In this document: positions 27,976-35,113 of the stretch, piece by piece
Numbering within the stretch: position 1 is the stretch's first letter
How the letters are laid out: each line of letters begins with the position of its first letter
Assembly: GCA_942492765.1 (NCBI GenBank)
Contig: OW818634.1
Location: forward strand, 537,159 to 601,158
Reading direction: 5' to 3'
Source: an uncultured bacterium
GTDB taxonomy: Bacteria; Patescibacteriota; Patescibacteriia; Patescibacteriales; UBA12465
DNA: 64,000 bases
The notes under the pieces: generated by a model
Seen by the model: the letters and a program-made list of their open reading frames with translations, nothing else
What the model was told of the DNA's origin: nothing
Database searches by the model: none
Program-made: the position numbers and the translations under genes

Positions 27976-28665
27976 CTAAAAACGCACCCAAATATTGTGC
28001 TTATCCGGCTTCAGCTCCTTTATCCGTAAGCCGGCAGCAGCAGCGAGGCGCTTAATTTCTAAAACCGTAAAAGCGTGATAATAGCGATCGCTGATCGCCT
28101 GTCCCGAAGACGCCTTCCAGGAAAAGATAAGGTCGCGCGCCTCAAGCTGATAGCGCCCGAAAAGCTTCAGCCAGCGATTTTTCCAAATCATCCGGCGATA
28201 TTTCGGCAATCTACCAAGATTCCAGGTGCTGATAACCAGGCTTCCGACCGGCTTCAGCCGAGCCGCTAAGTTCTTCAAGAACTGCACCCGTAATTCTTGG
28301 GTCGGGATATGTTGGAGCACAGCCAAACAGAAGATATGATCAAAATCAGATTCGGGCACATCACTTAAATCTAAGATGTCCGCTTCCCTAAATGCGTATT
28401 GCGGATAATTGGCCTTAGCCGCCTTGATGAGTTCGGAGCTATTGTCTATTCCGAGGTAGCTTATCTTCTTATCTTTCAGGGCTTCTAATAATCGGCCATT
28501 GCCGCAACCCGCATCAAGGACGCGGTCACCGTCTTTGACGGCGGCGGCGAATTCCCGCATAATCGGCCAGATCTCCTTCTTCCGGGTCGCATCGAAGCTG
28601 GCAGCAATCTCATTATAATTGCGCTTCACCAGATGCAGGAGATTTTCTGCCTCTTCTTTCTTCAT
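27976..28665 (-). CDS. Class I SAM-dependent methyltransferase
   Basis: Motif I VLDAGCGNGRL and post-I region YLGIDNS. Confidence 0.85.
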   Translation of the reverse strand: MKKEEAENLLHLVKRNYNEIAASFDATRKKEIWPIMREFAAAVKDGDRVLDAGCGNGRLLEALKDKKISYLGIDNSSELIKAAKANYPQYAFREADILDLSDVPESDFDHIFCLAVLQHIPTQELRVQFLKNLAARLKPVGSLVISTWNLGRLPKYRRMIWKNRWLKLFGRYQLEARDLIFSWKASSGQAISDRYYHAFTVLEIKRLAAAAGLRIKELKPDKHNIWVRF

Positions 28666-28667
28666 AT

Positions 28668-30449
28668 TTAATCTAAATAGGTCTTATGGCGATAATCTTC
28701 TTGGCCCTTATCTTTATTCTTCTTTAATTTCAGACAACTGTCGCAGCGGCCGCAAGGCTCGGAGCGCCGGTCGCCGAAATAATTCAGGATATATGACTGG
28801 CGGCAGCCGAGATGGTAGACGTAATTTTCCATCTCATTGAGCTTCTCATAGGCTCTTTCTGATTTCGCTTTCAAGGCCTTGAAATCAAGATTGATGTCTT
28901 CCGGCTCGACGATCTTCAAGATCTTTATTTCTGTACCCCTAAAAGGCGGCTTATATTCAACCAGATCTTTTTCGGCCAATTTCTTAACGGCCCGCAGCAG
29001 CGAATCCTTCTTCACTTTCAAGACGACAGACACTTCTTCGGGATTGAATTCCCAGCCAGCGATAAGCTCATCATGATATTTAAGTCCTAGGCTATTAACG
29101 ATTTCTAGCTGGCTCTTGGCGCGGCGGCTCAAGGAGGCGGCAATCTCTTCCCAGCTCTTCTTGGCTTTCAAGAAAGAATTAGATGTTTTCTCGTTCGGCC
29201 GCGACAAATACCCCTCCTTCTCGAGTATCTTCAGGGCCGTGCCGATTGCCATCTCTGGCACCGATTCGGAGAGACTTTGGGCGATTTCTGCATAAGTTAT
29301 AAGAATCGACGCTTGGGCATCTACCTCTAGTCCGGCGCGGCGCACTAAAAAATCATAAATTTCTATTATCATCTCCGGGCTCGGGTTATCGCCCTTGATA
29401 AAAAATTCGCGCAGATAGCGATCCTGGCTGTGATAAAATAATAAGCAAAAGCTCGGCTGGCCGTCGCGGCCAGCGCGACCCGCTTCCTGATAATATGCCT
29501 CGACCGTCCCTGGTAAGTCATGATGGATGACGAAACGGATATCTTTCTTATTTATTCCCAATCCGAAAGCATTGGTCGCGACGACGACCTGCGCCTGGCC
29601 TTTCATGAATTGGTCCTGGACCCAATCGCGGCTATTGGCATCCATGCCGGCATGGTAGACCACGGCTTTGATATCATTATCCGTCAAAGCCTCCACTAAT
29701 TCATCGGCTTTAGATCTGGTGCCGACATAAATTATACCTGAACCCATCTCAGAGTTCGTCGTCAGGAGATTAATAATATGCTCCATCTTCTGTCCGTTCG
29801 CTGTCGGCACGACCGCGAACTGCAAGTTCGGACGGGCAAAGCCGGTAATGACCGTATCTTCATCAGACATATTCAATTGCTTGACGATATCATCGCGCAC
29901 TTCCGGCGTGGCCGTTGCCGTCAAGGCGACGACAGTCGGAGAGCCGACTAATTTTATCGCATCTCTGAGCCGCATATAGCTGGGGCGAAAATCATGGCCC
30001 CATTGACTGATGCAATGCGCCTCGTCGATCGCAAACAAGGAGACTTTGATCTTCTTGAGCTCGGTAACAAAGGCCTGATTATAAAAACGCTCCGGAGCGA
30101 TATAGATTATCTTATAATAGCCATTCCTGATCTTAGCCAAGCGTCTCTCCGTTTCATCCGGAGAAATAGAAGAATTGATGAAAGTCGCCGGAATGCCGAC
30201 GCGCTCTAAAGAATCCACCTGGTCCTTCATCAGGGCGATAAGCGGAGAGATGACAATAGTCACGCCATCAAGAACCAGGGCTGGCAGCTGATATATCAAA
30301 GACTTTCCGCCTCCGGTCGGCAGAACGACAAGCGTGTCTTGGCCGGCCAAGATATTATCGATTGCCTTTTCTTGCCCAGGCAAAAAAGATTCATAACCGA
30401 AATGAATCTTTAAAAGCTCTCTGATTTGTTGTTTTTTCTTAGCGACCAT
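28668..30449 (-). CDS. recQ: ATP-dependent DNA helicase RecQ
   Basis: Motif I LPTGGGKSL, DEAH box (FAIDEAHCISQWGHDFRP), RecQ zinc-binding Cys cluster (C...CGRCDSC), C-terminal winged-helix/HRDC-like region. Confidence 0.93.
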   Translation of the reverse strand: MVAKKKQQIRELLKIHFGYESFLPGQEKAIDNILAGQDTLVVLPTGGGKSLIYQLPALVLDGVTIVISPLIALMKDQVDSLERVGIPATFINSSISPDETERRLAKIRNGYYKIIYIAPERFYNQAFVTELKKIKVSLFAIDEAHCISQWGHDFRPSYMRLRDAIKLVGSPTVVALTATATPEVRDDIVKQLNMSDEDTVITGFARPNLQFAVVPTANGQKMEHIINLLTTNSEMGSGIIYVGTRSKADELVEALTDNDIKAVVYHAGMDANSRDWVQDQFMKGQAQVVVATNAFGLGINKKDIRFVIHHDLPGTVEAYYQEAGRAGRDGQPSFCLLFYHSQDRYLREFFIKGDNPSPEMIIEIYDFLVRRAGLEVDAQASILITYAEIAQSLSESVPEMAIGTALKILEKEGYLSRPNEKTSNSFLKAKKSWEEIAASLSRRAKSQLEIVNSLGLKYHDELIAGWEFNPEEVSVVLKVKKDSLLRAVKKLAEKDLVEYKPPFRGTEIKILKIVEPEDINLDFKALKAKSERAYEKLNEMENYVYHLGCRQSYILNYFGDRRSEPCGRCDSCLKLKKNKDKGQEDYRHKTYLD

Positions 30450-30482
30450 TATTCAAATATTAGGTAAATTATGCCCTTACTA

Positions 30483-30511
30483 TTGACAGTTTAATGTAAA
30501 TGTTATATAAT
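30483..30511 (+). promoter_or_regulatory. Perfect consensus sigma70 promoter for 30538..30786
   Basis: TTGACA (30483-30488), a 17-nt spacer, then TATAAT (30506-30511). Confidence 0.65.
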
Positions 30512-30537
30512 TATCTCATACCAAATAAATCAGACAA

Positions 30538-30786
30538 ATGAAACAGTTAATCGTTCTTTTCAGCGTATTATCAATTTCGATCCTTGTTTTAGCCAGCATA
30601 GCTACCAAGATGACTCTTAACGGAAAAACTCTTGGCGGCGATCCAATCGATCCCCTCAGCTTAGTTTGCTTTTATATCATGGGGGTATTCTTCGGAGCTA
30701 TCGTTATAGCCCTGATAAAAAAACAGATCGAACAAGACATTGAAGAATCCTTTAGCAATCTAGCTATTCTAGATGAGGAAGATTAA
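30538..30786 (+). CDS. Small membrane protein (82 aa, 2 TM)
   Basis: Two hydrophobic helices, a consensus promoter upstream and a terminator downstream. Confidence 0.6.
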   Translation: MKQLIVLFSVLSISILVLASIATKMTLNGKTLGGDPIDPLSLVCFYIMGVFFGAIVIALIKKQIEQDIEESFSNLAILDEED

Positions 30787-30808
30787 TTCTTCAGCTAAAA
30801 AGTTTTCT

Positions 30809-30839
30809 GACCGCTTTTCTCAAAAGTGGTCTTTTTTTT
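30809..30839 (+). terminator. Intrinsic terminator for 30538..30786
   Basis: GACCGCTTTTctcAAAAGTGGTCtttttttt (one G:U pair in the stem). Confidence 0.7.
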
Positions 30840-31629
30840 ATTTACGTCGGCTAAATATCTCCCAAACATTCTTGAACAGAAAGGCGATAGTCATCGGGCC
30901 GATGCCCCCAGGAACAGGGGTGATGAACCCGGCCTTATCTTTAACGTCTTCGAAATCTACATCGCCTAAAACTTGGTCGTCTTTCTTGGTAATGCCGATA
31001 TCGATAATAACGGCGCCATCTTTAATCATCTCTTTCTTGATCTTATGTGGTTCTCCGAGCGCTGTCACTAAGACATCGGCCTGTTCCGAGCCATCTTTCA
31101 AAACAACCTTCATTCCTTTCTTTTCCAGAATATCTTTGACGTTCTTGCCGAAGACCTCGGAGTTATATAAAACGCAAGCTGTCTTTCCAGCCGGAGAAAA
31201 CTTAATATCTTCGAGACAGGCCAAGATAGAGGCCATAACTGGAGAAACGATATATTCCGGATGAAGCGGATGGAAACCATCGACATCCTTAAGAGGATCG
31301 ATGGCGGCGATAACTTTATCAGTATCGAATTTTTCCGGCAAAGGCAGTTGCACCAAGATGCCGTCGATAGAGGCGTCCTTGTTTAGGAAGCCGATGACAT
31401 CTAGCAACTCTTGTTCAGAAATATCCTCCGGCAATCTATAGGTATGCGTATCCACTCCGACTTTCTGGCCCTCCTTTTCCTTCAAAGAAACATAAAGTTG
31501 AGAATCCGCGCGTTCGCCCACTAAAATAATAGCCGAATTCGGCCTCAGGCCTTTTAGTTCGAATATATTCTTCGCTACCTTATCTTTTATTTTTTCAGCG
31601 ATCTTCTTGCCATTAATAAGCTTAACCAT
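30838..31629 (-). CDS. folD: Bifunctional methylenetetrahydrofolate dehydrogenase/methenyl-THF cyclohydrolase FolD
   Basis: LINGKKIAEKIK..., ILVGERADSQLYV, GILVQLPLP, and the C-terminal PVPGGIGPMT motif. Confidence 0.93.
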   Translation of the reverse strand: MVKLINGKKIAEKIKDKVAKNIFELKGLRPNSAIILVGERADSQLYVSLKEKEGQKVGVDTHTYRLPEDISEQELLDVIGFLNKDASIDGILVQLPLPEKFDTDKVIAAIDPLKDVDGFHPLHPEYIVSPVMASILACLEDIKFSPAGKTACVLYNSEVFGKNVKDILEKKGMKVVLKDGSEQADVLVTALGEPHKIKKEMIKDGAVIIDIGITKKDDQVLGDVDFEDVKDKAGFITPVPGGIGPMTIAFLFKNVWEIFSRRK

Positions 31630-31632
31630 ATT

Positions 31633-32877
31633 TTATTTAGTAGGAATCGGGAATTTAGCGCATAGGGCTTTAACCTTTTCCTTAAGATCATTTAGTTTTC
31701 CTTCATTATCCTTATTCATCAAAGCTTCATCTATATAGCTTACGATCAATTTCATTTCGGCCTCCTTCATACCCCTGGTCGTAACAGCTGGAGTCCCAAT
31801 TCTGATGCCCGATGGGTTCATCGGCGGATTCGGATCATCTGGGATAGTAGAGCGGGAAACGGAAACGCCGATTTTTTCTAGAATTTTTTCTGCTTCTTTA
31901 CCAACCGTCCCTTTACTGGTTAAATCAATTACCATCAAATGATTATCGGTTCCTCCAGAAATTATCCTATATCCGAGAGCGATGAACTCCTTGGCCATAG
32001 CCTGAGCATTTAAAATGATCTGCTTAGCGTATTCGGTAAATTCCGGTTTTAAGGCTTCACCGAAAGCGACGGCTTTGGCGGCTGTAATATGGTCATGCGG
32101 CCCGCCCTGCATTCCTGGGAAGACAGCGCTATTAACTTGTTTGGCATATTTTTCCTTGCACATGATCATCGCGCCACGCGGGCCTCTTAGGGTCTTATGC
32201 GTCGTCGTCGAGACGACATCAAATATCGGCACCGGGTTCTTGATCTGCTTGGCAGCGATGAGCCCGGCGATATGAGCGATATCGGCAAAAGTATAGGCGC
32301 CGATTTCATCGGCGATATCTTTGAATTTCTGCCAGTCAATCTCGCGGGAATAAGCGCTGAAACCAGCGACGATCATTTTCGGCTTTTCGCGTAAAGCGAT
32401 TTCACGAACCTCATCCATATCAATCACTCCAGTTTCCGGATTCACCCCGTATTGGACGAAATTATATAGACGCCCGGAGAAATTAACCTTATGCCCGTGA
32501 GACAGATGGCCGCCATGATCGAGCTTCAGGCCTAAAACCTTGTCGCCCGGATTCAGGAAGGCCATATAGACCGCGGCGTTGGCTGGCGAACCGGATAAAG
32601 GTTGGACGTTAACATGCTCGGCCTCGAATAATTTCTTTGCTCTCTCGATCGCTAAGGTTTCTACCTCATCAACAATCACGTTGCCGCCATAATAACGATG
32701 GCCGACATAGCCCTCGCTATACTTATTAGTCAAAACGGTCGCCATCGCCTCCAGCACGGCCGGGGAAACATAATTTTCTGAAGCGATCAGCTCGATTTCC
32801 TCGTTCTGGCGCTTCTCCTCTTTCTCGATTATTTCCCAGACGGCCGGATCTTGGCTCTGTAAATGGTCGTATTTCAT
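31633..32877 (-). CDS. glyA: Serine hydroxymethyltransferase
   Basis: ELIASENY, the PLP-Lys motif TTTHKTLRGPRG, and the GTPAVTTRG motif. Confidence 0.96.
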   Translation of the reverse strand: MKYDHLQSQDPAVWEIIEKEEKRQNEEIELIASENYVSPAVLEAMATVLTNKYSEGYVGHRYYGGNVIVDEVETLAIERAKKLFEAEHVNVQPLSGSPANAAVYMAFLNPGDKVLGLKLDHGGHLSHGHKVNFSGRLYNFVQYGVNPETGVIDMDEVREIALREKPKMIVAGFSAYSREIDWQKFKDIADEIGAYTFADIAHIAGLIAAKQIKNPVPIFDVVSTTTHKTLRGPRGAMIMCKEKYAKQVNSAVFPGMQGGPHDHITAAKAVAFGEALKPEFTEYAKQIILNAQAMAKEFIALGYRIISGGTDNHLMVIDLTSKGTVGKEAEKILEKIGVSVSRSTIPDDPNPPMNPSGIRIGTPAVTTRGMKEAEMKLIVSYIDEALMNKDNEGKLNDLKEKVKALCAKFPIPTK

Positions 32878-32936
32878 ATGATTTTTATTATAGTTTAATC
32901 TTAGGTTAGCTGGTCTCTTTTGTCAAAAACCGGCTC

Positions 32937-33635
32937 TTATTTAATTTTTCTAAATAATGGCCCATACATATCTTCTTTTATATCGATTTTTAATTCATCT
33001 TTATCCACTCTTTCAATATAGTCCAAAGAAATATTATTAATAAGAGCCAATGGCTGTCTTTCGTTCCCTTCCCCCATACAAAGAACTGCTGCCGTCGCTA
33101 GGCTGTCTGCCACATCAACGCGAGAATATTTAAAAGGCCGCCCAAATATATCAAGATCTCCTTGGTATTTTTTAAGTCCTCTGAAGCCGGCATAACCCAA
33201 GGCTACGCCGGTAATTCCGGCTCGAAGAGGCAGGCAACGGCTATCCGTAATAATAACGCCGAAATTATTAAGGCGGTGCTTCTTCTTGAAATAACTTCTA
33301 ATCTTTGCCGCCGCCTTAAAACTGTCTTTGGGCAATAATATTATCGAACCATTGCCATTACTCTCGTCAACTCCAGCGTTAGCCATAGCTATGCCGTCCT
33401 TAATCGTCAAACACACATATTTAGTCTTTAGAACCATTTCACTTTCTTGCCTGATTATCGTTTCTTTAGTCATTTCATCTGCGCCATTAATAAATCGCCC
33501 TTCGGCTAAGGCGACAATCTTAGAAGTCACGACCAAGATGCTGTTCTCAGGAATCTTTTGTAAATATTCAGCGATAAAAAATAATAAATTTTCATTCGGT
33601 TTAAAAACCGAGGTTTTAAATGTTTTTATTTTCAT
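32937..33635 (-). CDS. CofE-like gamma-glutamyl ligase family protein (putative folate-related glutamate ligase)
   Basis: CofE/F420-ligase-domain motifs VVTSKIVALAEGR, ANAGVDESN, VIITDS, GVALGYAG and ADSLATAAVLCMGEGNE. Overlaps the upstream transporter gene by 20 nt and precedes glyA-folD. Confidence 0.7.
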   Translation of the reverse strand: MKIKTFKTSVFKPNENLLFFIAEYLQKIPENSILVVTSKIVALAEGRFINGADEMTKETIIRQESEMVLKTKYVCLTIKDGIAMANAGVDESNGNGSIILLPKDSFKAAAKIRSYFKKKHRLNNFGVIITDSRCLPLRAGITGVALGYAGFRGLKKYQGDLDIFGRPFKYSRVDVADSLATAAVLCMGEGNERQPLALINNISLDYIERVDKDELKIDIKEDMYGPLFRKIK

Positions 33636-34257
33636 ATTTTAGGAGATAAACGCCTAAATAAGATAAAGGCGTATATATGAATCCCATGCCGACTTTATAT
33701 AGCCACCAGGGAAGGCCGATCAACAGAATGGTCTTGAAGGAATATACGCCCGCGAAAGCCACGAACATGAAGATGGCCGTGTCTAGAAGCTGAGACCAGA
33801 GATTGGATAGATTGGATTGCAGCCAAAAAGCGCTATTATTAAGTTTTTTCTTAAAAAAGAAAAAAGCCGCAACATCTTGATATTCGGCAATCAAGTAGGC
33901 CAAGAGCGAAGCCAGCGACATTCTTAACGAAATACCAAAAATCGTATTAAAACTATCTTTAAACTTTAAGCCATCTTGAGCCCAGGGGACGAATAAAGAA
34001 ACGAGAGAATAAATCATAAACAGACAGATACTGATAAACCCGGCAAACACAAAATTTTTCGCCATCTGTTTTCCGTAGACTTGCCCGATAACATCAGTCG
34101 TGAGAAATACGAATGGGAAGAAAAAAACAGCCACTGATAAGTGTGTCCCAAAGATGAATGGCATTATTTTTAGACCCAACGTATTGGCGGCAAAAAGTGA
34201 AACTAGATAAAGCGTCAACGCTATAACTATCTTGAAATTAATTCTTTCTGAAGACAT
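33616..34257 (-). CDS. VUT-family (YhhQ/DUF165-like) vitamin/queuosine-precursor-type transporter
   Basis: About 6 TM helices with the family-typical segments FFPFVFLTTDVIGQVYGK and LLAYLIAEYQDVAAFFFFKK. Confidence 0.7.
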   Translation of the reverse strand: MSSERINFKIVIALTLYLVSLFAANTLGLKIMPFIFGTHLSVAVFFFPFVFLTTDVIGQVYGKQMAKNFVFAGFISICLFMIYSLVSLFVPWAQDGLKFKDSFNTIFGISLRMSLASLLAYLIAEYQDVAAFFFFKKKLNNSAFWLQSNLSNLWSQLLDTAIFMFVAFAGVYSFKTILLIGLPWWLYKVGMGFIYTPLSYLGVYLLKYENKNI

Positions 34258-34399
34258 AAAGGGGTTGATTTAGTTAATAAAAAACACCCCAAGGGTGCTT
34301 TAGAACAACTAAATAGCCCCTTGGTTATCAGAGTTTGATAGAGATGGCGATAAAGCCGGACCAGGTTGTAATGTTTTTAGTAATCAGCATAACATGACA
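34258..34399 (-). promoter_or_regulatory. Structured 5' leader with terminator and antiterminator alternatives (candidate riboswitch or attenuator)
   Basis: On the minus strand, the terminator is GCACCC-uug-GGGUGU plus UUUUUU (34298-34279). CCAAGGG (34324-34318) can instead pair with CCCUUGG (34295-34289). An outer helix GGGG/AUUUAGUU (34320-34307) pairs with AACUAAAU/CCCC (34275-34261) and ends 3 nt before the AUG. Confidence 0.5.
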
Positions 34400-34428
34400 A
34401 TAATAGCACAAAGCGGCTGTAAAGGCAA
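34400..34428 (-). promoter_or_regulatory. Sigma70-type promoter for the transporter/cofE-like/glyA/folD operon
   Basis: The minus strand reads TTGCCT (34428-34423), a 17-nt spacer, then TATTAT (34405-34400). Confidence 0.5.
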
Positions 34429-34488
34429 AAAAATCCCTCGGAATCAATTGAATCTAGTTTTAGACTAAGTTCAAAGAATCCAAGGGAT
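34427..34488 (-). terminator. Intrinsic terminator of ORF 34501..35025
   Basis: The minus strand reads ATCCCTTGGATTC...(35-nt loop)...GATTCCGAGGGAT plus TTTTTTT: a 13-bp stem with one G:U pair and one mismatch. Confidence 0.6.
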
Positions 34489-34500
34489 AAAGAGACGATA

Positions 34501-35025
34501 TCAAGGTATCGGTTGCGGAGACACGAGACGATAGTTGTTCTGGCCGCTCCAAATATGGCCACTCTCAAAATAAGACACGTGAACGTCCAGGCCACCTGCA
34601 AGCACATACACGCGAACCACGAAATACTTTGGTTCTCTGTTAAAAAAGCGGCGGCGTATCTTTTGAAAGATATTCAGTGTTCTTTCTGTTAAGAAAAAAG
34701 TTACGAAGCCATCTTGGCGAAGCTTGTCGCGATGTTGTCCGCAGAAGATAAGAATTTGCGCCATTGTCATAACGAGCTTACTCGGATTATTATTGATGCC
34801 AGAGAAAATCTCGAGGAAGGTGCCCTTAGCCGTCATCTCGTGGACAACGACATTAATCATTTTTGTGGGCTGACTAGGCTGGTCTAGCCAGAGATCCTTA
34901 AAATCAGGGTCAATCCAAACAATGTTCTTGTCTGAAGAGATTGTTCTTTTACCGTCAGATGCTTCAATTGGGAATGACTGGCCTTCGAACATAATTCGTG
35001 TTATGGCCGTAGGGGGTGTTTTCAT
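34501..35025 (-). CDS. Hypothetical protein (174 aa)
   Basis: ATG ORF with its own promoter-like element (TTGACC-N17-TAAGAT in 35040-35075, minus strand) and terminator. No motif recognised. Confidence 0.55.
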   Translation of the reverse strand: MKTPPTAITRIMFEGQSFPIEASDGKRTISSDKNIVWIDPDFKDLWLDQPSQPTKMINVVVHEMTAKGTFLEIFSGINNNPSKLVMTMAQILIFCGQHRDKLRQDGFVTFFLTERTLNIFQKIRRRFFNREPKYFVVRVYVLAGGLDVHVSYFESGHIWSGQNNYRLVSPQPIP

Positions 35026-35113
35026 GATTTATATGGTTTTTGGTTATTTTAAAGAGCGATTATGTTGACAGACAATCTTACTATATAATTAGATATTGGT
35101 CAAGACTAATTAG

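Noticed and set aside
34258-34330. Possible preQ1-I riboswitch upstream of the YhhQ/VUT-like transporter
   Set aside because: The segment GUUCUAAAGCACCCU loosely resembles the preQ1-I loop (GGUUCUAGCUACACCCU). However, the required P1 helix partners and the A-rich ...AAAAAACUA tail in the right register are absent. Kept only as an unclassified leader.
34377-34607. 76-aa minus-strand ORF overlapping the leader/terminator region and the 3' end of ORF 34501..35025
   Set aside because: It overlaps a better ORF in another frame and spans a terminator and promoter. The product is Cys/Leu-rich nonsense.
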